Source: a virus (Duplodnaviria; Caudoviricetes). From it: a stretch of 64,000 nt of DNA. Below the pieces are notes generated by a model that made no database searches, was not told where the DNA came from, and saw only the letters and a list, made by a program, of their open reading frames with translations. The position numbers and the translations under genes were made by a program. Position 1 is the stretch's first letter, and each line of letters opens with the position of its first letter. The stretch covers positions 4,739 to 68,738 of the IMG/VR virus record IMGVR_UViG_3300028048_000138. One strand, 5' to 3'. Shown in pieces: positions 56,191 through 64,000 of the stretch.

Positions 56191-57128
56191 ATGAAGAAGT
56201 TATCTAATTTTATAAATGAGTCCGGATTGAAGAACTCATCAATGTAATTCTCGAAGCTGATAACAGCTGGGGTGAAATATTTGAAAATGTAATTTGCGAG
56301 GCGTGGAATAGTAAAGGCACGAGTCTCGGTGATTATGAGAAAGAGGTGTCAAGGCGTGGGCTTGATCCAATAGTGGTAGCAGAGAATATATATAAAAGTC
56401 TCTCAGATGCTAAAATAATGGATGAAGACGAAACGCTCGTTAAACTCGATAATGTCCCTGACACCACCGAAGAATGGTATGAATTAGGTATGTATACAAA
56501 GAAACCTAATACCACCCCCAAAACAGATATCATTGTGTCAAGTAAGAAAGGAGTTAAAATATCAGTAAAAGAAGAAAGTGGTGCGAGACTCATGAGCGGG
56601 GCTATCAATGAAACTATAGCAACTATCCGCGTTGCTGTTGAAGAGAGTGGTGACGTGGCCCTGAAGGAATTTGCTGAAAGCATATTTGAAAAACTCAAAG
56701 GTCATGACACACGCGGACGTATCAAAGGCACCACGGCTGGAATCCTCAAGAAACTCAAACTCCGTGAAGATCCGAATGCAGAACCTGAAGATAAGAGTGA
56801 GAAAGTGATATGGTATATTGAACAAGCCAAACGCGAGCTCGCTGCTCTGATTAAAGAAATTAAGAAGTTCCCCAAAGCATATCGCGCACTGCTTCACGAG
56901 GCCATCACAGGTGAAGTAAAATTCGGAAAAGATAATCCTGCTTGTGCTAATTATGTGTTGACGTGGAATGATAAAGGTGAGTGTGATGTATACGATGTGG
57001 ATGAATATATCAATAAATTCGGAGCATCATATAAGATATATGCTACATATAAATCATCCAGTGTTAAAGTTGCGGGTGTGAAGAGCGGTGAGCGAGACAG
57101 TTGGATGGTGATGTCTTTAAGTAATTAA
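56191..57128 (+). CDS. Putative PD-(D/E)xK nuclease-like protein with a frameshift near its 5' end
   Basis: MKKLSNFINES (from 56191) joins the long frame (open from 56220) by a -1 shift; PKTDI...KISVKE motif. Confidence 0.5.
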
Positions 57129-57160
57129 AATGAAAGGAACCGGTTCCTTTCATTTTAATT
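57123..57160. terminator. 38-bp perfect palindrome, bidirectional terminator
   Basis: AATTAAAATGAAAGGAACC/GGTTCCTTTCATTTTAATT spanning both stop codons. Confidence 0.8.
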
Positions 57161-58414
57161 TATATATATGTGTGAACTCTTATCCCGCCCATCATTCTTA
57201 ATCAACCCATCAAACCGAATCAATCCATTTTCAATCATCTTTAGGATGATTCCTGGTGTATAGAAATCACTGCGTTTAAAAATTCTGAACTTTACATCGA
57301 AATCCTTTCTATTTTTAGATTGTTCGGTGTCCACTTTTAGATGTGTGAACTTTTCAAGGAGAGGATAGACAAATGCGTCATGACAACCATTAATCCTATA
57401 GATGGATTCTTTGGTAAACTCCCCATCGAAGAAGAATGCATCCCAGTTCTCAGTCATGTTCTTCACGAAGAGATCAACGCTCTCTTTGCTAAGATGATTT
57501 CTATAAGTTTGAATTTTACACTTTGCGAAAATCTCTATAATTTCTTTATCCGAATAACCCAATGCATGTAGGCGTTTATAAGAATCAATCATCTTATCTT
57601 CCATTACACTATATCCAAAGAAATTCAGGTCGTCTGAAAAGAAGTCATCCATTGCATTTACATCGGAATCTTTTTGACAATCAAGCCTACCTCCAAACGC
57701 CTTTATCTCGAGATTAACCCCAGAATCGGTACAGATATCTCCATCCATAAGGTTATTCATATCACTTATTTTCATCATCAAGAGATACTCACCATTACCA
57801 ATAGCCGTTCGCCCGGCCTGTCGTATATTATAGAGTTTAGAAAGGAGCTTGGGAGGAAAACTAGGAAAGATTCTTCGATAGCTATTAACCCCACTATTAT
57901 ATAGTTTGATAAACTCCTCGCCGGTGTATGTCTTCTTCACATCATCATATAGGTCTATTCCTTTAGTCATCTCAGTCTTGATGATGTCATCTATAAATCT
58001 CATTGCAACATCTTCAGAGAATCCGTTAATTGGATTCAAATGACCTTTTGGTGTGCATCTCTTATAAGGAAAGAAGAAACGCATGTAACGGAGTTTTCGT
58101 TCTATATCACAAGGACAGATATCAATCTCATGTTCATCTATGTAATTCCTGATATTTCTCTCATATAGAACGTTTCTCAGAGTCGCATTATATTTTCTGT
58201 TGACCTTCTCTCTGCGATTCAACTCAGCCACTTTCCTGTTGCTTGTATGGCGATTCTTAACTCGGATCTCTCCCAGGAGCATATATAGGAGAGAAATATC
58301 ATCATGATATTTAGGACGAGCTTCGCACCACGCAATGCGATTTTTCACAGCATTCTCCGTCTTATAGAGCTGACGGAGATGATTAAGCATTTGTTTATTC
58401 ATTATTGGATTCAT
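57155..58414 (-). CDS. Hypothetical protein with PD-(D/E)xK-like motif
   Basis: IGNGEYLL...GDI...NLEIKA. Confidence 0.5.
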   Translation of the reverse strand: MNPIMNKQMLNHLRQLYKTENAVKNRIAWCEARPKYHDDISLLYMLLGEIRVKNRHTSNRKVAELNRREKVNRKYNATLRNVLYERNIRNYIDEHEIDICPCDIERKLRYMRFFFPYKRCTPKGHLNPINGFSEDVAMRFIDDIIKTEMTKGIDLYDDVKKTYTGEEFIKLYNSGVNSYRRIFPSFPPKLLSKLYNIRQAGRTAIGNGEYLLMMKISDMNNLMDGDICTDSGVNLEIKAFGGRLDCQKDSDVNAMDDFFSDDLNFFGYSVMEDKMIDSYKRLHALGYSDKEIIEIFAKCKIQTYRNHLSKESVDLFVKNMTENWDAFFFDGEFTKESIYRINGCHDAFVYPLLEKFTHLKVDTEQSKNRKDFDVKFRIFKRSDFYTPGIILKMIENGLIRFDGLIKNDGRDKSSHIYIN

Positions 58415-58577
58415 TATTAGATAGTAACGTTTCTGCAAGCAACTTCTTTTCTTCACGAGTGAGCTTAAACTTCTTTATGTTTTTGGTTGCCCAATCAATA
58501 TACTGAGGATCTTTCTGAATAATCTCAGATACAGTTCTCCCTCGGTACATTCCAAATGAAATAATGTTAGTATTCAT
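58395..58577 (-). CDS. Small DUF3820-like protein
   Basis: FGMYRGRTVSEIIQKDPQYIDW. Confidence 0.6.
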   Translation of the reverse strand: MNTNIISFGMYRGRTVSEIIQKDPQYIDWATKNIKKFKLTREEKKLLAETLLSNNESNNE

Positions 58578-58662
58578 ATATTAACCTATTGATTAAATAC
58601 TTTTATATATCATATTTATAAAAAATCTTGAAAAATTTACTACACAACACAATTATTTTAAC

Positions 58663-60516
58663 ATGAACAGCAAATTTAATCCCATAAAAGAAGATAAAGA
58701 AGGTGTAGTAGCAAGAAGGGTCATTTGGTCAACAGAAGCTCTTAATACTGCTATAAACGGATTAAAGGAAGGTAAGAAACTCGTCGCTAATCCATTTTAT
58801 GAAAATAATATAAAATTACTTAAAGATAATCTTGTGTTTAATAGAACACCTGAAGAGATAGCCGAGTGGAAGAAGTGTGCAAAGGATATTCTTTATTTTG
58901 CCGAGAAATATTGTGTATTGATGACCCCAGAGGGTCGACAACATATACATTTGAGGGATTATCAAAAAAAATACCTATTACATTTATTTAATAATAGATT
59001 ATCAATATATCTTTCAGCTCGTCAATCAGGTAAGACAACTTCTTCTGCTATCTTTATTCTTCATTATCTCCTCTTTAATTTTGATAAAGTTGCACTCGTA
59101 ACAGGTAATAAACGTAAGACCGCTGTTGAAATACTTGATAAAATTAAAAACATCTATCTTGAACTACCTTACTTTATTAAAGGAGGGGTTCATAAATGGA
59201 ATGAAAGTGAAATAGTTATTGATAATGGTTGCAGGGTTCTCGCGGAGGCTACTACTCTCAACACGGGTATTGGTTTTTCCATCAATTTCTTATACCTCGA
59301 TGAGTTTGCCCATCTACCCGCGAATATTGCGGAAAAGTTCTATAATAACATTTTCCCAACCATGGCCGCAACTAAAGGTAAAGTGGCTATCAGTAGTACT
59401 CAAAACGGGTATAATCTATTCTATCGTATATATAAATCTGCGGAGGCTGGAGAGAACGACTATAAAGCATTTAAAACCGACTGGGATGAGGTACCCGAGT
59501 GGAACCCAGAGAAGAGATGTTGGGAGCCAAGAGATGAGGCATGGCATCAAAAACAGATAGCTAACTATGGTAGTGAGGAGGCGTTTAATAGTCAGTTCGG
59601 CACGGAGTTCGATGTGGGAGCGAAAACCCTCCTTCATCGAAACACCATTAGAAAACTTCGTCAGAATGTTGAAGAGTTTGTTCATCAAGACCTACCAGGA
59701 GTGTCTCAGAGTGAGAATTACTATTGGAAACCCGGCTATGATCCTCAGTCACAGCTCCGACAGGACTTCATAGTTATAACTGGTGACCTTGCGGAAGGAG
59801 TGAATAAAGATTATACTGTGTTTGATATATGTAGACTTATTGAACCCGGATCGGGCAAACTTGAATGCATAGGGTACTATCGTACCAATGAGACTGATCG
59901 TCGTGATGTGGCAAAAACCATCACGGAACTAATTGCTATACAATGTGATATCAACCACACTCTACTGTCCTTTGAAAGAAACACATATGGTGAGTTCTTT
60001 CTTAAGCTCATTGAAGAACTACAAGATGAGATCCCTGGATTTGATATGAGTTGTTTGGTGAAGTATTATAACGATACCAATACCAGATTTGAATATGGAA
60101 TAAAGATAAGTAGAGGGAACAAGAATACAGCATGTATACTCTTTAAAGAGGACTTTGAGAAAGGGTTGATAGATAATAAATCAACAGTCTTTGTTACGGA
60201 GATTGGTAACTTTACGGATAGTGAGGATAAGGGAGTTTGGAAAGCAGCATTTGGACATGATGACGTGGTGATGTCTATGGTGCAGATTGAGTTTGTTAAG
60301 AAGACACTTCAATATATATTACTTAAACAAGATTTTGACGCTCAATCAGTTGCGAGTAACGATACTAATTATAATCCATATTCTAGCATGTATGATAGTG
60401 TGATACCAAACGAGTTTAGAAGTGGATTTTATGATGGTTTTGCTGAAAGTGGATTTAGGAGTATATATGATTTCGAAAGAAACTCCAATGAGAGCAGATT
60501 GAATAGATTGTCATGA
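58663..60516 (+). CDS. terL: Terminase large subunit (T4 gp17-like)
   Basis: LRDYQ, ARQSGKTT Walker A, LYLDEFAH Walker B, SSTQNG, GDLAEG and HDDVVMS motifs. Confidence 0.92.
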   Translation: MNSKFNPIKEDKEGVVARRVIWSTEALNTAINGLKEGKKLVANPFYENNIKLLKDNLVFNRTPEEIAEWKKCAKDILYFAEKYCVLMTPEGRQHIHLRDYQKKYLLHLFNNRLSIYLSARQSGKTTSSAIFILHYLLFNFDKVALVTGNKRKTAVEILDKIKNIYLELPYFIKGGVHKWNESEIVIDNGCRVLAEATTLNTGIGFSINFLYLDEFAHLPANIAEKFYNNIFPTMAATKGKVAISSTQNGYNLFYRIYKSAEAGENDYKAFKTDWDEVPEWNPEKRCWEPRDEAWHQKQIANYGSEEAFNSQFGTEFDVGAKTLLHRNTIRKLRQNVEEFVHQDLPGVSQSENYYWKPGYDPQSQLRQDFIVITGDLAEGVNKDYTVFDICRLIEPGSGKLECIGYYRTNETDRRDVAKTITELIAIQCDINHTLLSFERNTYGEFFLKLIEELQDEIPGFDMSCLVKYYNDTNTRFEYGIKISRGNKNTACILFKEDFEKGLIDNKSTVFVTEIGNFTDSEDKGVWKAAFGHDDVVMSMVQIEFVKKTLQYILLKQDFDAQSVASNDTNYNPYSSMYDSVIPNEFRSGFYDGFAESGFRSIYDFERNSNESRLNRLS

Positions 60517-60526
60517 TTATTTAGTT

Positions 60527-61039
60527 ATGAAAAGTTTAATGGAATCATTGTTTGATACTGATTTAGTTACTCGTAAGTTGTCTATAGAGAAGTATATGGA
60601 CGACTTTAGTAGCACTGCTCTTGAGAAGTTAGACCCCGAAGAGAGAAATACCCTATTCGACACTCTCTTTGAAAGCGGAAAAGTTTGTAATGCCGCTGAA
60701 CTAAGGAAGACTCCTGTTGATTTGACAAAAAACATAATAATGATGCGTTCAGATGATCCAGACATGCTCAAAAAATTAGATGAAATCCACTATCAGTGGA
60801 GATATAGTTATATATATAGTCTTTTATTTGAAGGTGAAGAAAGAACGTTTATTGCCAGTTTAGACGGCACTGGTAGTGGAAAATATTATTACTGGGATAA
60901 CGAAAGACTCCCTCGCGCTGATAAAGCACGTAACTGGAAAGCAAAAGTTGCTGCTTTTTATACGCAAGACTGTTCCTATTCTATTATATCCAACGAGAAA
61001 TGGGTGAAAGAAATAATTGATAGTATACTTACAGATTAA
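60527..61039 (+). CDS. MKSLMESLFD-leader family protein
   Basis: Leader motif; late-type motif 4 nt upstream. Confidence 0.7.
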   Translation: MKSLMESLFDTDLVTRKLSIEKYMDDFSSTALEKLDPEERNTLFDTLFESGKVCNAAELRKTPVDLTKNIIMMRSDDPDMLKKLDEIHYQWRYSYIYSLLFEGEERTFIASLDGTGSGKYYYWDNERLPRADKARNWKAKVAAFYTQDCSYSIISNEKWVKEIIDSILTD

Positions 61040-61040
61040 T

Positions 61041-61718
61041 ATGAATGATTTAAAAACATATCTCGAATGTGGTCCTGCTGGTGCATCAACACCGGCTAAT
61101 ACTATGGGCATGGGTAATCCCGGACAACTCTCGCCAGATACTCTTACCGAGCCCGTGGGTGGAATAGAGAAAACTGCAAAGACTCTCAAACAGAACGATC
61201 GTAAGAAGAAAAAGAAATTTAAATCCCTCTCTGAGTCAATCTTCGATGATGATCTTGTAACACGCGATATGTCCAGGTTTGGTAGTATGTTTAAATTAGA
61301 TAGTGTTGAGATTAAAGAAAAAGTGTTAAAACCGGGCCCTCTTAATCACGGTATACCCACTATGTTCGATACAAACCTCAAAATCGGTGATTTATATAAA
61401 ACCACCCTACTCTCAAAAGACACTGGGATTCATGTGACTAAAGATCCAAACACCATCGCAGCAGCACTGGATAAGATTATTTGTGATACAAAGATAACCC
61501 CGGAGTTCTTTAAAATGACCCTTTATGATTTTGGTAGGATGCTCTGTATAGAAAATCGTAAATATTACTCAAGAATCCTTCTCAGAGATTCATACTTAAA
61601 TATGTCTGCTGATGTGTATGCGTTTGATAAAAGAGATAACTATGATAATCTCGTTTTAGATACTGATGTCATACGAATTGAGTTCTTTCATATTACATTA
61701 ACATATAAAAGAAAGTAA
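61041..61718 (+). CDS. Leader-family protein with N-terminal extension
   Basis: Starts MNDLKTYLE; internal FKSLSESIFDDDLV at 61218. Confidence 0.65.
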   Translation: MNDLKTYLECGPAGASTPANTMGMGNPGQLSPDTLTEPVGGIEKTAKTLKQNDRKKKKKFKSLSESIFDDDLVTRDMSRFGSMFKLDSVEIKEKVLKPGPLNHGIPTMFDTNLKIGDLYKTTLLSKDTGIHVTKDPNTIAAALDKIICDTKITPEFFKMTLYDFGRMLCIENRKYYSRILLRDSYLNMSADVYAFDKRDNYDNLVLDTDVIRIEFFHITLTYKRK

Positions 61719-61719
61719 G

Positions 61720-62289
61720 ATGAAAAGTTTAGTAGAAAGTTTGTTTGATTCGAAGACTCAAATGACGGAATCGTTGTTTGATAATGATTTATCTAAGAAG
61801 AGAATTCTTCTTGGTGATGTGGTGGAACTAGAGACATGGGAGTGTGCCAACCTCGAGGAATACAGTGTGCTCGGACCTGTTCTGGATAGTACGTTTTCCG
61901 CCAAACTCAAAAACAAAATTATAAAACTTCCAAAGTGGAAAAAATTTCTATCTCCATTTGAATCAATATACAATAAACCATTTAGTAGTCTTGATATAAA
62001 ACAACAAGCTAGAAAATATATAGGTGTTTGGCAGTTATGGACGTTTACCTGGGTAGTGATGTGTTGCACTTCACTTAAAGAGATTCCAATCAAACTCAAT
62101 GAGTTTATGAAGGAGATTAGTAGGGATATTAATGATGAGTTTGGTGAAGATTTCCACATCACGAAGACGGACATCTCCCCACTTGAAGGATTAGGCGATA
62201 TGAAGGGACTACCGAGACTCGTTGTTATTAAGTTTAAAGTTTATGGTAGAGAAATTGTTGTTTATATGAAATTAAAAAAGAGAGACTGA
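61720..62289 (+). CDS. MKSLVESLFD-leader family protein (doubled motif)
   Basis: MKSLVESLFDSKTQMTESLFDNDL. Confidence 0.7.
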   Translation: MKSLVESLFDSKTQMTESLFDNDLSKKRILLGDVVELETWECANLEEYSVLGPVLDSTFSAKLKNKIIKLPKWKKFLSPFESIYNKPFSSLDIKQQARKYIGVWQLWTFTWVVMCCTSLKEIPIKLNEFMKEISRDINDEFGEDFHITKTDISPLEGLGDMKGLPRLVVIKFKVYGREIVVYMKLKKRD

Positions 62290-62307
62290 CATCTCTCTTT
62301 TATTTTT
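62275..62307. terminator. Bidirectional intrinsic terminator
   Basis: AAAGAGAGA-ctgaca-TCTCTCTTT between convergent genes. Confidence 0.7.
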
Positions 62308-62755
62308 AGAATCCATATTCATCTAACACTTCATCTATTCTTTCTCTCACCACATCAAACCAATTTAATATATAAGGATATTTACTCAATCCCGCGATAG
62401 TCCACATGTCATGAACTTCTTCTCTAGCATTCTTTGGAGATGCAAGTTTTGTAAACCTACTACACTCCCAATCAATCACCATCCCTTCCCAATCAAACCT
62501 ATCAAGAACCTTTCTTATATCTCCGTCTACACACTTTCCTAACTTATCATTCAACCACTCAAGATGATGCTTATGATGATGCCTGTGTAGTTGTTGTACT
62601 TTTGTGTAAGGTAGAAAGAGACGTAACCATGGTTTTTCGATATCATGGAAAAGATACTTAACCTTCCATATACCATGGTTTAGTGCTGTCATCTGAAAAG
62701 CACACCAGTGAGCAAACCAGTAAGGAAATGTAGATCGTTGTTCTTTTGTAAACAT
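62306..62755 (-). CDS. HD-domain-like protein
   Basis: AHW...HDIEK...HRHHHKHH...MVIDWE. Confidence 0.55.
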   Translation of the reverse strand: MFTKEQRSTFPYWFAHWCAFQMTALNHGIWKVKYLFHDIEKPWLRLFLPYTKVQQLHRHHHKHHLEWLNDKLGKCVDGDIRKVLDRFDWEGMVIDWECSRFTKLASPKNAREEVHDMWTIAGLSKYPYILNWFDVVRERIDEVLDEYGF

Positions 62756-62757
62756 AA

Positions 62758-63549
62758 TTAAAATTTTCTTTCCCTTTCCATCCTGCGAATACATTCTTCT
62801 GGGGTCTCTCCGGGCAGGAGATTATAACTACACCCTATGCATCCACCTTTCCAAGTCTCTTTCCCTTTGCCCACTTCCTGTTTAAATGAAATCTCTATAT
62901 ATTCTCGTTTAATAGCGAATCTCTTTGTCCATGTAAGCCATTTTGGCCTCCACTCTCTACTTTCCTTCCAATATTCACAATCAATCTCGGAACCATGATA
63001 TGAATCAATATATTTAGTATAATGTTTATTTACTCTCTCATCATCCGAGTAACATATATATGGGTTTTTCTGCCCAAGAAGATCTGAGCTAACCATCTCC
63101 CCATCCTTCGTCTCAACAAGATGAGCTATATGAATTTTTGTAAAGAATGGAATGTCCCAAGTCCACCACTTGGTTCCTCCTCCCCAGTTTCCATCACCTC
63201 CTTTATATAACCAAAAGGTATTATCATGTATTGCGACTCCCCACTTCGGAGCATCACAGTCACCATCAGGAAATCTCTTACTCTTCCAAGGAAGTTTAAA
63301 TACTGAATGCCATCCCAAAACACTAATATTGAGTTCGGCATTTCCAGAGTCATAACCGCATTCTTCGTAGGAAATATCAAACTGCCAAGAATGCCAACCA
63401 ACATACCAATGATCTGGGGTATATTCACCATCCTTCTGTCTCTTCAGGAGATAGAAGCATTCGCCATTCTTTTTCGCAATCATCCTACCAAAGAGATACC
63501 AATACTTGCGATCACTACCATAAACTCCTTTTCTAAATATCTTGCCCAT
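62758..63549 (-). CDS. Hypothetical Trp/Gly-rich protein
   Basis: 263-aa ORF. Confidence 0.55.
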   Translation of the reverse strand: MGKIFRKGVYGSDRKYWYLFGRMIAKKNGECFYLLKRQKDGEYTPDHWYVGWHSWQFDISYEECGYDSGNAELNISVLGWHSVFKLPWKSKRFPDGDCDAPKWGVAIHDNTFWLYKGGDGNWGGGTKWWTWDIPFFTKIHIAHLVETKDGEMVSSDLLGQKNPYICYSDDERVNKHYTKYIDSYHGSEIDCEYWKESREWRPKWLTWTKRFAIKREYIEISFKQEVGKGKETWKGGCIGCSYNLLPGETPEECIRRMERERKF

Positions 63550-63555
63550 AATTTT

Positions 63556-64000
63556 TTATACCAATACTTTATCAATCATGCCGTACTTAAGCGCTTCATC
63601 AGCAGACATCCAATAATCTCTATCCGCGTCTTTCGCCACTTTTTTATAAGACTGTCCCGTGTGAGAAGATATAATATTATATAAGTCTTTCCTACACTTC
63701 TCAATCTCCTGTGCTTCAATAAGGATATCGCTAGCCTGTCCAATGGCTCCGCCCATAGGCTGATGAATCATAACCCTGGAATGAGGAAGCGCGGAACGAA
63801 GACCCTTCTCACCAGCACATAAGAGAATTGCACCCATGCTCGCGGCCCATCCGGTACATACAGTAGAGATAGGGCAGGGGATAATCTGCATAGTATCATA
63901 TATAGCTAATCCCGCAGGAACACTACCGCCTGGTGTGTTAAGATATATAGATATATTCTCCTGACTATTCACTGACGACAGATAAAGGAGTTGAGCCTGA
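63556..64000 (-). CDS. clpP: ATP-dependent Clp protease proteolytic subunit (5' partial)
   Basis: Frame open to the window end (QAQLLYL); YLNTPGGSV, AASMG, SRVMIHQP and RDYWMSA motifs. Confidence 0.92.
   Translation of the reverse strand, partial: QAQLLYLSSVNSQENISIYLNTPGGSVPAGLAIYDTMQIIPCPISTVCTGWAASMGAILLCAGEKGLRSALPHSRVMIHQPMGGAIGQASDILIEAQEIEKCRKDLYNIISSHTGQSYKKVAKDADRDYWMSADEALKYGMIDKVLV

Noticed and set aside
63545-63570. Extended -10 type TGGTATAA motifs at several gene boundaries (also 36352-36365)
   Set aside because: They coincide with the last codons and TAA of coding sequences and lack the -35 element, so they are probably incidental
1-64000. Stop-codon reassignment (TAG to Gln) as in some gut megaphages
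   Set aside because: Conserved genes are full-length in the standard code, TAG ends ndk, pseT and 49775..50068 at expected lengths, and the only tRNA is Arg(UCU)
1-64000. CRISPR array or diversity-generating retroelement
   Set aside because: No regularly spaced identical repeats with unique spacers, no reverse transcriptase, and no adenine-specific TR/VR pair seen; the repeats found are coding repeats
1-64000. Replication origin or genome terminus
   Set aside because: AT-rich gaps are short and explained by promoters and terminators; no iterons or terminal repeats were recognised

Overview
A 64-kb, AT-rich segment of a large T4-like myovirus (jumbo-phage gene set), in the standard genetic code. 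A gut Bacteroidota host is inferred from the absence of Shine-Dalgarno sites, a DUF285/BspA-like gene and a YxxP-leader peptide; this is inference only. Structural and packaging genes: gp26/gp51-like, gp53, hub, gp13, gp5-like, gp15, gp4, gp25, gp6, prohead protease and large terminase. These alternate with leftward accessory blocks: a family-B DNA polymerase split in two by a free-standing endonuclease, dUTPase, NDK, HPRT, ThyX-like, QueE/QueD, RNA ligase, PNK, a sigma factor, ClpP and tRNA-Arg(UCU). The most striking unexplained signal is a family of at least 9 highly diverged proteins sharing the N-terminal leader M-K/R-S-L-x-E-S-L-F-D-x-D. Six lie in a translationally coupled tandem array at 45.1-48.1 kb and three after the terminase. 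The leader matches a T4-type prohead-protease site (L-x-E) and may be a capsid-loading tag for injected cargo; three more genes begin MSIFD, which would give the same mature N-terminus. Two promoter-like motifs were read directly from the sequence: ATTATT(T/G)-N4-ATG before structural genes and TAGTAAAT-N17-TA(A/T)ATA before accessory genes, including the sigma gene. Their spacing implies many leaderless mRNAs. All product calls come from motif recognition by eye; no database searches were run.
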